A stretch of DNA of 64,000 bases from Paraspadella gotoi (Eukaryota; Animalia; Chaetognatha), in NCBI GenBank assembly GCA_051294375.1, contig JBJCIZ010000028.1, positions 1,963,053-2,027,052 on the forward strand, in the 5' to 3' direction. Each line of letters begins with the position of its first letter. Positions within the stretch are counted from its first letter, which is position 1. Position numbers and translations under genes: made by a program. Under the pieces are notes generated by a model that saw only the letters and a program-made list of their open reading frames with translations, did not search any database and was not told the origin of the DNA. This document shows positions 25,932 to 38,240 of the stretch, one piece after another.

Positions 25932-27515
25932 AATCCGCGAACGAGTAATAAAAAAGTCACAGTTTTTATCAGCGACCAGAGATGAAGATCGAGCTTACCT
26001 AATATGTTTCTTCGGGCTGTCATAGTGCTAAGCTGTATGTGCACCCGGGACTTCCCTACACTTGTACTATAGATAGTGTCGGGAATAGGCCGCCGTTTTG
26101 TGCCTTGCTCTTTGACTAAGGCACGACCTCGAGGAGAGATTGAAATTGATATGAGGAGGTATACTCGTGAATGACCGCAGATCCAAAGAACGAATTATCT
26201 CCCGCCAACTCGAAACTGACGTGTGTTTTATTCACGCCGAGAGAATAATCGCTTACCCTAAAGGTTTCCGCCGCGCGTGCGTTTAATTAAAAGAAGCATA
26301 CATGTAGGAGACGGTATCGTTTTGCGGGAGCTGGAAGTTCGGATGAGAGTATATTGTTTATTTTGGGGGAGAAGCGGTTGTGAAGAAGTGAGAACGACAG
26401 GAAGAGATACGGAGGAGGTATACTTCAATGATTGCCAGGATCCAAAGACTCTCTCATCTCTGTTCACCCACCTTGAATCCGCCGAACGGGGAACGGGGAC
26501 AGGGAAAGAGTTCCTATACCACGTTTTTCCTCTTCTGCACCTGTCACGTCCTGCATTTCTCATCCGCGCTCTCTTACGCTGTTAAAAAGGTATCTTTCCT
26601 AGTGAAGATCGGATTTCTCTCTGAGGGAAGGACGAAATGAAAAGAGAGTGGACATAAAAACGAGACGTGCTTTGCGTGACGCAGGGATTCGAGTATTCTT
26701 TGGATACTGGCAATCGGAAGTATCCTCTCTCTTCTACTGCATCGTATTCACCCAGTAGTAGGGCTAAGGTACCCTACTACTTCTCTCTCTCGGCGTCCTC
26801 CAGTCTCTTATCCTCACCCCTGGAAACTATTTAGGTTAGGTAAACTGCGATTTCTCTCGAGCGTTGAAATAAAAAACTTCTCGGGCATTCGTCTGATCTA
26901 GACGGTACGCGATAGTGACCGCCACGTCCTCGTATCGACGTGTACTCGAGCGTCACAGGGGTGCAAAGACCGAGCAAGAGCAGAGAGGATACTCGATGCC
27001 TATCCAAAGAACGAATCCGCATGAAAGAGTTTTTATTCACGCCGAGAGAGAAATCGCTACCTTAAGTTTCCGGGTGAGAAAGAGAGCGGGAGAGAAGAAG
27101 TTGTAGAGAGGAAGGGGAAGAGAGAGAGCAGGATACTCGATGCCAGATCCAAGAACGAATCCGCGACGAAAGAGTTTTTATTCACGCCGAGAGAAATCGC
27201 TTACCTAAGTTTCCGGGTGTGAGAAAGAGAGACGGAGAGAGCCAGAAGTGTAGGGACAGGGGTGAAGAGAGAGAGAGAGGAGGGATACTCCGATGCCAGA
27301 TCCAAAGAACGAAATCCGCAACGAAAGAGTTTTTATTCACGCCGAGAGAAATCGCTTACCTAAAGTTTCCGGGTGAGAAAGAGAGATGGAGAGGTGTAGC
27401 AAAAGGGCGGTGAAAGATGCGAGAGAGAGAGAGAGAGAGAGAGGATACTTGAAGCCAGATCGAAAGAACGATTCTACAACAAAGGAGTTTCTGTTTACGC
27501 CTCAAGCTTCCTGGG
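25932..27515 (+). repeat. Tandem ~140-150-bp copies of an SLC1 exon 3' end plus splice donor (..SATKEFLFTPREIAYLKFPG|gtgag + GA tract)
   Basis: Cleanest copies at ~26987-27075, ~27131-27218 and ~27283-27373. Translation resembles EAAT 'SYREVKYFSFPG' and ends in phase 1, matching the exon at 27856. At least one noisy inverted copy lies at ~26810-26910. Confidence 0.8.
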
Positions 27516-27855
27516 GAGAGAGAGAGAGAGAAGGGAGAGATAGAATAATAGAGAGAGAGAATTGTTATATAAATATCAAAAAGAAAAGAATCAATTTTAT
27601 TAAAACTCACTTATTATGGCAACGAGGGGACGAATTCGATGCCAGGTGTCTAAGGCATCTCCAGCTTGGTTGGTAAGCAAGCACTTAGTAGTCCAAACCA
27701 ATGACCATTATCAAATATCTTTTAAATACAGAGCAAAGTATAATTTAAAAAGTTGCAAGTATACCGTTTGCAACTTCTGCTTCATATTTCATTACATTTA
27801 ATGGTGAAAATACGTCAAATCAAATAGTTCCTCTTCCTTCTCCCCTTGAAAACAG

Positions 27856-27988
27856 GCGAACTCTTCCTCCGCTCCCTCGCCATGATCATTCTTCCGCTTA
27901 TTGTCTCATCAATCGTTTCTGGATTCGCGAATCTCGACGCGTCTTCGTCTAAGAAGATGGGGGGCATCACTATCGCATTTTATGGGGG
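27856..27988 (+). CDS. SLC1 transporter TM2 exon (GELFLRSLAMIILPLIVSSIVSGFANLDASSSKKMGGITIAFYG)
   Basis: AACAG acceptor and GG|GTGAG donor; matches the SLC1 signature GEL.MRML.M..LPLI.SS...G.A.LD....GKMG. Confidence 0.93.
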
Positions 27989-28014
27989 GTGAGAGATGAG
28001 AGAGAGAGAGAGAA

Positions 28015-29425
28015 AATCTTGACGCGTCTTCGTCTAAGAAGATGGGGCATCACTATCGCATTTTATGGGGGAGTGAGAGATGAGAGAGAGAGAGAGAGAG
28101 AGAGAGAAAATCTCGACGCGTCTTCGTCGAAGAAGATGGGGGCATCACTATCGCATTTTATGGGGGCACAGTGATCAAAAAAAAAAATTAAAACCGGATA
28201 AAAAGCCACTTGAACATACGGGCATAAATACCTATTCAGTATTTCCATAGTAATGTTACGAAGTCTTAGTTAAGATAACAGTTTCCAAAAATTTTTCTTT
28301 TTCAAGTTATAAGCAATCTCTATTTCGGGTGAGTCTTTGAGAGGTTGTTCACCCACATGGGTGGAAGAGAAAATTATTTGACTTTGTTATGGTATCAGCA
28401 TATTGTCTAGTTTGTTAACAAATAAAAAAAAGATTTTCATAATATGTCACTATGTATGATATAAAAAACATAGTTAAAAACTCATTGAATTTCAGCCGAT
28501 TTCAATCAACCAGATTTAGTTCCTAATGATACATCTTCTCACTAATCAGTTACTAATTTAATCTCATCCGCATTCGTCCGCCATTTTGAGAAATTTAAAA
28601 ATGCTTTTCATTCAGAAAATAATAAAAAAGAATTCGATATTCTTCAGAAAATACCATATGATTCTTTTCTTTGATCGATTTTCCGATCTTAATTTGCTTA
28701 GCGCCACTTTTAAAGAGATTAAATTAATGATTTTATTATTTAGCAAACGTACACCTATTACTTATAATATAAATATAAAAAAAAATATCAAGTTAGGTCA
28801 ATTTCTTTTTAATATCAAAATTATAAATCAAAAGTCGTTCAACTACCATAAATAATTTCTTTAAGAACCAAATTTGTCGGTTAATGAATTTTTTTCTCCA
28901 TATTTTTTCAAATCAATCTTAAACATTTGAAACTTTTTCCAACAACCTCAGAGGGCTTCTATGATAACCAGCATACGAGAAAAAGTTGTTTTTGCCAAAA
29001 AAGAGAGGTTTATCCAGAAATTTAGTCCATTTGGATCACTGGGGGGTGAGAGAGAGAGAGTAGAGAGAGAGAATCTCGATGCGTCTTCGTCTAAGAAGAT
29101 GGGGGCATCACTATCGCATTTTATGGGGGTAAGAGATGAGAGAGAGAGAGAGAGAGAAAATCTCGACGCGTCTTCGTCTAAGAAGATGGGGGGCATCACT
29201 ATCGCATTTTTATGGGGGTGAGAGATGAGAGAGAGAGAGAAAAATCTTGACGCGTCTTCGTCTAAGAAGATGGGGGCATCACTATCGCATTTTATGGGGG
29301 TGAGAGATGAGAGGGGGCGAGAGAGAAGAGAGAGAGATAGGGGGAGAAGAGAGAGAGAGAGAGAATCTCGATGTATCTTCGTCTAAGATGATGGGGGGCA
29401 TCACTATAACATTTCATGGGGGTGA
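28015..29425 (+). repeat. Two clusters (~28015-28167, ~29072-29425) of ~80-bp copies of the TM2-exon 3' end plus donor plus (GA)n
   Basis: Unit aatctcgacgcgtcttcgtctaagaagatgggggcatcactatcgcattttatggggg|gtgagagatga(ga)n matches 27930-28010; about 6 extra copies. Confidence 0.92.
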
Positions 29426-29739
29426 AAGATGAGAGAGAAAGAGAGAGAGAGTGAGAGAGAGAGGGGAGGAGAGAGAGAGAGAGAGGAGAGAAAGAGAAAC
29501 AGAGAGGAAAAGGAAGAGAAAGATAGAGAGAGGAGAGAAGTTAACTTTTTTTAATAATTCCGTTTTATGTCTCTTTTATTAATTATTTCCCACCATATTT
29601 TTTTAACATTCTTTAAGCTTACATTCGTATATAATAAGAGAGATGCTTTTTTCCTGAATGGCCAATAAATATCTGCCGCCGATAGAATAATATAAATTAT
29701 TCAATAATTATTCTTAAATATTACATACCTTTCTTAAAG

Positions 29740-29851
29740 AACGACCGTGTTGGCGGCCATCGAGGGAATGATCGCCGTTTCCGTCTTTCAACCCGGGTAC
29801 ATTGGGAGAGAAGTCAAAGTGCTGCAGGCGCCTAACGAGTCTTTCATCGGG
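29740..29851 (+). CDS. SLC1 transporter TM3 exon (TTVLAAIEGMIAVSVFQPG...NESFIG)
   Basis: Phase-2 acceptor fits the previous exon; G|GTAAGT donor; matches EAAT TT..A...G......I.PG. Confidence 0.9.
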
Positions 29852-30276
29852 GTAAGTTAAGGGAGCGAAGGTAAGGTTCGGTGGGAGAGGGTAAGAGATT
29901 GGCGAGGCCAGAGGTAGGGTTGAGAACAAAACGCTTTATATAGAAGCAGAAAACTTTTTTTTTATAAAACTTTATGAGTTTCTTACATTAATTTTTTTTA
30001 AAAGCTTTTTTGTGTAATCCTTAGACTAAGGACCGGCAAACAGATAGAGATAGACGTACAGAGAGAGCACTGACAGACAGACAGATACAGACAGATAAAC
30101 AGACAGACTGAAAGAGGGATAGAGACAAACAGAGAGACAGACTGACAAACGGATACAGAAAGACTTACAGACAGAGAAACAGACAGAGACTGACAAACAG
30201 ACGGATATAGACAGACCAAAAAAAATCCCCTAAGACACAAAATATCTGACCAAACCTTAACTTACCTTTCCCGCAG

Positions 30277-30406
30277 CACGAACCCTGCATCGACTCTTCT
30301 TCCCCGAAGATCAACTCGGCCGACAACATCCTCGATCTTTTGCGCAACATGATCCCCACCAACTTGTTCGAAGCCACATTCGACTCTTACTCTACTAAAG
30401 CAATAG
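30277..30406 (+). CDS. SLC1 transporter TM4a/b exon (HEPCIDSSSPKINSADNILDLLRNMIPTNLFEATFDSYSTKAI)
   Basis: CAG acceptor and G|GTAGG donor; conserved D..LDL.RNM.P.NL.EA.F motif. Confidence 0.93.
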
Positions 30407-30976
30407 GTAGGTTAGAGTTTGGGTTAGGCAGGATGGGTCATGTGATCCCAACCAATCTGTTTGAAGCCACGTTCCACACTTACTCTACAAAGGGGAAAAA
30501 ATAGAAAAAACGAGAAAAAAAAGGAAAAATAAAAGAAGAAAATGAGAAAAAGTGAATAAAAAAAAAATTAAGAGCCAAAATTCAAAATATTTAAAAAAAA
30601 AAAGAAAAATAAAGAAAGACAGAGGGGAAATGAGAAAAAGAAAAAAATAAAGAGAGGGTAGAGGGTTGCAAAAGTTTTCATATATATAATCAATATTAAA
30701 CAAATGATCAGGAAGCGAACGCGCAGGGTTATTATAGCTTCCGAGTTCAATCCATTATTCTCAATTTTTCTATCGCTCCCGCTTGCTTCAAAAATCGGCC
30801 GCTTCGGCAGTGTTCGCTTTCCCTTTCTCGATCGCTTCCAAATTTCAGCATTAAAGAGACTAACTGGGCAATTTCATCGTGACTTCATTTAATTTAATCT
30901 TGATCTCTAAAATACCATAAACAATGAACAAAATGGTAAAAAATTTTCATTTTAGCAGGTATTAAAGATAATTTGT

Positions 30977-32898
30977 TTAAAATGGGTGTCCCTGCTGAAA
31001 ATTTAACCAATGGAAAATTAATATTGCAATGGGTAAAATAAGAAACATGAAATCAGGCAAACTATGAAATTCCGTATTTGTTTGATCCAAAATATCAGTG
31101 AAATTACTCCAATCATACTTATAATAATTCATAAAAAGGCAGGGAATCCTGTAAATGTGACTTTGTACTGGACAACATTTACGTAAAAAATCAAATGATA
31201 CTAATACTTTTGGAAATATTGTGTTGCGATCTATAATTTTATCAATCACAATTGGTCGGATTAAAATGTGTTGACTTTTACGTGATGGAGATATCGTTCC
31301 ACGATGCTTGGCGTATCCAGAAAGAAATGAATAAAGAAAAGTATGAAACACAGTGTGGGAAAACCAAAAAAACAAATCCCTATGAAAAACTTTTGGGAGA
31401 AGTGGGAAAATTAAAGTAAAAAAAGTGATCTGTAAAGGTAAAAATGAAATAGATACATAGAAATAAAGTTGACTATTTGCATAGACAAATAGGGAAACTT
31501 TTTGAAATCTGCTTAACCAAAGATGCTTTAATGCTTTAGTCGTTGAAAAATTTATTTCGTGATCGCATGCCTGCCCTGTCTTAACAATTTGTTGAATATG
31601 TTCATCAATTTTTTGTTTAATTATATTTCCTTGCAGATTATATATAACCAAAATGGGAAAACAAAAAAATAAAAAGCTAAATATTATCAAATATTTCAAT
31701 TGTATCTTCGTTTTTTTATTTAAAAAAAGAGTGAAAATTAATATGACAACAGTGACTTGACAAAAGTGAGATAATAAATGTTTAAACTGCGATGATTCGT
31801 TTAAAAAACTGGAGAACAATTTTAGAGTTTTCTCTGTCGGGATATAGTTAAAAGGAAGAAACTTTTTGACAGAATTTAGCAGAATAGCAAAGATAGTATT
31901 GCCTGTTACAATCATTAGCAATGAACACAGAGCCATCAAAAGTAATACATAAGCTGATAATCTTTTGTTTATTGTAAGTACTAACAGAAAATGGGTAATT
32001 CCACAACTAAGATCAGCCAGAATGACTTTAAGTAGTATTAGTTTGTCAGGTTTTAAGTAGACAAAGTTCCCTAGAATGTACTTATGCTCAATCATCCAAA
32101 TTTTTATGTTTGGAGTTGAAGGAATAAATTTTATTCTCTCTTCGCAGAGGCTATAATTCAAACTGAAACCGAGATGCACCAACATTTTTTGCCACTTTAA
32201 TTTTCCAATAATATTTTCTATGATTGCACACTTCGTCACACTGGACCAAAATTTAATTACAGTAAGCCTTACCACTGGACTATAATTGTATTTGTATTTG
32301 ACGAGTCCCCAGGCCATATCAGAATCACCATTCAAGAAGCTCACCTTCCGGTGCTCATCCGCGGTCCAAAGCAGAGAAATTAAAAAAGAAGAAATAGTTA
32401 CACTAATAGCATATTGCCAAAGTTTATTAGTATATTTGGTTTCATTCACATCTTTAAAAAAAGAATTCATTGTCATGGCCAATCCTTTTTTTAAGTTCTT
32501 GAGATCAGACCAAGTAAAGGTACGGAAAATTAATAAAGGAGTGGCCAAAACAATGAAGGGACTAACGCCGACGGCGAGAATGAAAGTGAGGTAAATAGAA
32601 ATGGACATCCCAACTATTTTTTGAGCAATACCCAAAGCGTGACAAAAGGGCAATACAATTTTATTTGAGTGAAAATTTCTAGAGATCAATTTCATTTGAT
32701 AAGACGTTGAGGTTTTTGCCAGACTGATAGTCGAAATGACTATTGATGCAAAAAGAAACCAATCTTGCATTTTCCATCGACAAATCAAATTAAATTCAAA
32801 TGCAAATGATAGAGGAAATGTGTCAATGTCACAATCACATTTTAGACTCAGGTTAGTAATATATCCGCGTTCATCATATCCAAACACAGTTTTTTTAG
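30977..32898 (-). CDS. XK-related (Xkr scramblase-like) multi-pass membrane protein, large terminal exon
   Basis: Uninterrupted ~640-codon hydrophobic ORF. The TTTTTTTAG|CT acceptor at 32898 is in phase with the exon ending at 38241. SIVISTISLAKTSTSY resembles the Xkr 'S...S..S.AW....Y' segment. Confidence 0.78.
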
Positions 32899-33045
32899 CT
32901 AAAAAAATATAATTCTATTAGTGCTTTGAGTACAATTCTGTATGAGTAAAATAATTATGATTATCATACAAGGAGATCCTCGGGTACCAACCTAAAAAAA
33001 ATGGCGACAGCACCCATATGATTTATCATAGATATATATATATAT

Positions 33046-36000
33046 CAACGAAGGAAGTAGCGTGGTTTATTAAGGGAGAAATAGGAGGAGTTTTTATGAC
33101 ATAAGAAACGTTGGGATGATGATAATTAACATACAAAATATGTAGATTATGCAGAGAAAAGGCAGGCAATAAACAATATAACAAATAGTCCATGAGGAGT
33201 TTGATGTTTGTTTCTTGAAGGTAAGTTGAAGAGTGATCCAGTTCCCTCTCTCGTTTCTCTGCCGTCGGTTTCCTGAGGGAAGCCTCCTCTGATGGTCAAT
33301 CAGAAGAAAAGACGGAGAAGCAAGAGAGACAAGCTCTCTGATTGGTCAATCAGAAGAAACGACGGAGAAGCCAGAGAGACAAGCACGTGATAATCCATTC
33401 TCTGCGTTGTCACCCCCCCTCCCATTGCGAGACCTTCTCGTGTCATCTGAGAATTGGTCGAGCGTGTTCTTTTATCCAAGTCTCTATTCATCCATCTTCT
33501 ATGTCTGTATATTGGCCCCTTGTCAAGCTCATAGGTCCACCTCAGGTGTGGATAAAGAGGCTGTGGAGAAGTGAAGTCCACCATGGGAGGTATTGTTTTG
33601 TCATCCAGTAGTGATTGTGATAAAAGGGATTTAATCTGCCCATTTGTTTGGAGAACATGTAGTGCCTTCTAGGTTTTGCCAATGGGTTTAGCTGGTTGTA
33701 TCTGGTTGCTAGGTTTGGTGTAATGATGGTGGTTTTATTTTAAGATCCATCAGTTTTGGGATGATTTTGACAGGACTGCTTGGTTTTTTGTTTCTTTTCA
33801 TTCTCAACTTTTTCTGCTTCATGCTGCTTGTAATTTTTTGAATTGTTTGTACTAATATTTCTAAGCTTGTCACTTCAGTAGTGAGTTTTCTCAGCTGGTC
33901 TTCTATGGAGTGAATTTTATCCTCTAGTTTTGCACTGGGAAGAGACATTTGGTTGTTGCTGTGGGACGATTCTATTTTGTTGTTTGAATGACAACTGTTG
34001 CTTCATTGATTTGACTGTTTGACTTGTTGCGTCGAATGTTCTCACATTTTTTTGCATGTGCAAGGTCAGCTTGATCAGCTTGATCAGTTTGGTATAAATT
34101 AGAAATTTCATCTAGGGTTTCTGAAAGAGTTTTTAATCAAATTGGAGAAGTCAGGTAGAACCTGTAGGCTTTTGCTTGGGGTTCCTCTGTTTGTGTTGCC
34201 ATTGTATTGCTATTTGGGGGTTCATCAGTTTGTGTTGCCATTGTATTGCTATTTGGGGGTTCATCAGTTTGTGTTGCCATTTGTAATGCTATTGGGGGAT
34301 CCTTTTGTTTGTGTCGAAACTGTCTTTTTAAATGCTTTGCTTTGTGGGTCTTTAATGTCTTCTGTTTGTATATTTTGGTCTGCTATATTACCATGTGGGG
34401 ATTATTGTTTGTGTTGAATTTGTCAATGCAAGTGTTTTGGATTGTAAGGCTTCTGTTTGTATCTCTGCATCCTTTATGGTTTGGTTTAGTTGAGATGTTT
34501 GTAGAAGGAGAGTTGCTGACCTTTTTCTTTTTCCTTATTTCAGGTGGCCCAGAGAATATTTCGGCAAATACCTGTTCTTGGTAAGTTTCTTGGTGGTATT
34601 GCCTGTTTTGTTCTTCTCCAGTTTTGTGGATAATTGATTCGAGCTCTTTTCCTTCCTCTGTGGTCTTTTCTACATCGTTTTTACTTCGTCTTTACGTTTA
34701 TCTTTGTCCTCAGTACCTTCAGATTTTGAATGGTTTGGTACTTTAAATTGTGACATGAATAATTCACCTGCTAAACGTCTTTCCTCTTCATTCTTTTCTT
34801 TTATCCTTTTTTCTTCTTCCTTTCTTTTTTCTTTTTCTTCTTTTATTTTCTTTTCTCGGGATAAACGATCAAATTCAGCTTTAAAAAATGATGCATCTCA
34901 ATGTCATAGCACCTAATGTACAATTCATAATTTTTTCTGGCCTGATCAAATAACATGTTTTCACATTTGTGGAGTTCGTCATAGATTGAATGGGTACAAT
35001 ATCCATTTGCCAAGGTTTGGTTTGTGATTCTATTGGAAGATCATAGGAGGTGCTTGGGCTTCTAAATGAAAGTCGGGCCTCATGAGTTAAGTCATTTTGA
35101 AATAGTTTTTTTACTCCTATGTGTGGTCCATCAAACCTTGAGGGGCTGAATAGTACTTGTAATAAAGATCGCATTTCTTAAAGATTATTTCATCTTCATT
35201 GGGTAGTGATGTGGGAATAGAGTAGGGTGGGGATGAGATATGAGCCTGGTGGCTGCACTTTCAACTGATTTTTCATTTGGTCAGGATTGGCCATTGCTTG
35301 GTAGTTGTTGGTTCGTTTCTTGTTTTGTTTCTTTGTTTGGAGCATTTCTTTTAAAGGGTGAGAGAGAAATTTTATTGTTTTTAATGTCGCGACTTTGGCG
35401 TTGGCTTCTTTTAATTCTGGATAGGATTAAAAGGGAGAGATCGAGTTTATCTTTTGTTTGGGAGCAATGCTAGGTCACGTGACGGATGGCTCAGAGAAAA
35501 AACACATGGTCGTCGGGAAAGTCGCGTAAACGATCTTTGTTAAGTTTGGCGTCGATTTTTTTTTTTTTTTAGAATCCAATGTAAATGGGGGGGGGCGGCC
35601 GTTGGAATTTTAAAATTTAATTTTTAATAGTCTGGGAATCTAGGATTGTTCGTATGAGCTTTAAATGTTGAAGAAATGTTTTTTGTTTATGTCGCTTAAA
35701 TATAATTTTCCTGGAGATATGCCTTTTTTGAGAGATTGACCGAATTTTTTTTAAAAATTTTTTAAATTTTTTTTTTTTTGCACTCAGGCTACATTTAAAT
35801 GCACTCCTGAATTCGCAAAATGGGTCTTGTTTTTTTTAATTTTCAGTCTTGATTTTATTCCTTATAACGTCGTTTTTTGTGGTTCGTTTTTAACTTTTTA
35901 GAAAATTGTTGGTTGAATCTTTTTTATTTTTTATTTAAATTTTTTTAATATATATATTTTTGAGTAGTCAAATCGGAAGGTTTACGTAGGATGACGTAAT

Positions 36001-36413
36001 TCTTTTTGGTAGGGAGAGTAATTTTGGATGGAGGGTGGCGTAATTTTGGTAGAGTGGTCTTCTTAGGAGGCGTGTGAGTCTATCCAGTCCTGTCACCACA
36101 ACGAAGGAAGTAGGCGTGGTTTTATTAAGGAGAAATAGGAGGAGTTTTATTGACATAAGAACACGTTGGGATGATGATAATTAACTACAAAATATGTAGA
36201 TTATGCAGAGAAAAGGCAAGGCAATAAACAATATAACAAATAGTCCATAAGGAGTTTGATGTTTGTTTCTGAAGGTAAGTTGAAGAGTGATCCAAGTTCC
36301 CTCTCTCGTTTCTCTGCCGTCGGTTTCCTGAGGGAAGCCTCCTCTCTGATTGGTCAATCAGAAGAAAAGACGGAGAAGCAAGAGAGACAAGCCACGTGAT
36401 AATCCATTCTCTG
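33046..36413 (-). mobile_element. ~3.4-kb LTR-like element with ~320-370-bp direct terminal repeats (33046-33412 and 36091-36413), probably non-autonomous
   Basis: Near-identical direct repeats whose inner ends are TG/CA. A polypurine tract (AATGGGAGGGGGGG on the - strand) abuts the left repeat. Broken - strand ORFs lie inside, with no RT or integrase motif recognised. (TA)n tracts flank both sides. Confidence 0.7.
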
Positions 36414-38240
36414 TGATGATGATATATATATATATATATATATATGTATATCCATCCGTCCTTCCGTCCGTCCGTCCATCCGTCCGTCGTCCGTCCGTCC
36501 ACACTTAAGCAAAAAACTCCAATTACTCGTGATTGGATGGATGGATTGGAATGAATTTATTTGTGGGTAGAAAAGTGTGTGATTAAGCAGGTTATAAAGT
36601 TTCAATGGAATCGTGCGAGTGGAAATGAATTTGAATGGAAAAAAAAATTCACATTTACGGAATTATATTGTTTCGAGCTTTTCGTTTCGTTTCGTCTTGA
36701 AATTAGAATTAGGTAAAATATTTGTTTTGTTTACCGACAACGAATTTGTTTTTATTTTCAAGGTGAAAAAAAAACGTACATGTTTACAAGTTTACAGATT
36801 TGTTATTGAAGTAAGAGAGAGAAAGAGAGAGAGAGAGGAGGGCCCAGCGCTACCACGTCCGCACAATGATTCCCCCGTCACCAGTCGACGTGGCAGAGGA
36901 GCATCTCAAAAGACACTGGGGAAGCGATACCCTTTACCGACCTGCAGCAACCTCACATGGCCCTTCCAGGTGGGGCGCCCACCTAAAAGGCCACAGCTCC
37001 TAATGCCAAAGCACCTAGGACAGGCCTCAGCCCGCCTCGCCGTAAGGTGAGAGAGGGCAACCGACAGGCGTATCAGTTCAAATGGACTAAGAGTAGCCCT
37101 CGGTATTATTTTCCGTGAGGGTCACTGCCTGATCCTAACCTGATAAGTTCTATCACACTGGCTTCTCAAAAATCCTGAAGATCAATGACATGCCAAATGA
37201 CCCGGTCTCATCTTCTCTAACCCAACCTTTGTCCGGAGGGAGGGGGCAAGCTCTAATTTTAAGTACGCGCAGTGCAACTCTATAGGTCACCTTTCGATCA
37301 GTCTGTCGGTCGGGTCTGTCCCACATTGTTAAAATGCTCATAACTTGCATAACTTGCATTGCTCATTTGTTAAGAGAGGAAAAAAATCAAATCTAAGGGA
37401 CTGCGAGGCGCCGCCTTCAGGAAATCCTAAAACTATAAAGAATTAAAAGCAAAATTCCGATGCAGTGCATGTCAGAAATTCAAGGGCTAAGAAAGTTATT
37501 GTAGTCATGTAGTCATGTCACGTCATGTCATGTCATGTTATGTCACGAGAAATACACAATATAAGGCAGTCACTGCGGCGCAACAAATTTGAATTACCGT
37601 TCTTATTTTCTTATCTTTCACTTTCTTTTTCACTTTTACTAAACCTCAAATCTTTATTTTCAATTTTCACTCATTTCTTTAGATTTCATTAATTTTCACT
37701 AAATTATTATATTAATCGTTAATTTCACAGTTTTTATTATTTAAAAAAAAAGTTATTGTCCATTTACATTGCTTAAATGTATTTCACTGTATTTCATTTT
37801 TCTTTCACACTCTCTCTCACTGTCTCAGCCTAACTTGTCCCCAATCTTAACCTGTCCCCAATCTCTCACTGTCCTTTTCTCAATTTTTTGTTGGAAAGTT
37901 GACCAAATTATGCAACTTGACCAAATTATGCAAGTCGTTATTGGCGCAGCTACTGGTAATGATTGGTAATGATTGGTAGATTTTTTTTATAGATTTATAA
38001 AGAAGTCAGTCTGTTAAGATCTGTTCAGATCACAAATTGGAAGTCAGAAAGAATTATCGTGATTTATCCTCGGATTAGCTTATTACCGCTCAAACTTGTT
38101 CCAATAAAAATCGTTTCTGTTATAAAAATTACAAACTCTGTTTTCTCCTAATTTCTCTTAAATTTTCTTGAGGTTGATACCTGTGGATTTTTGTGACTTA
38201 CTAGTAATATTTGTTTACTAAGTATTCATTTAATACTTAC

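Noticed and set aside
27616-27672. Possible small SLC1 exon ending at a GTAAGC donor
   Set aside because: It needs a frameshift and has no good acceptor; the REIAYLKFPG unit already supplies the homologous segment in the right phase.
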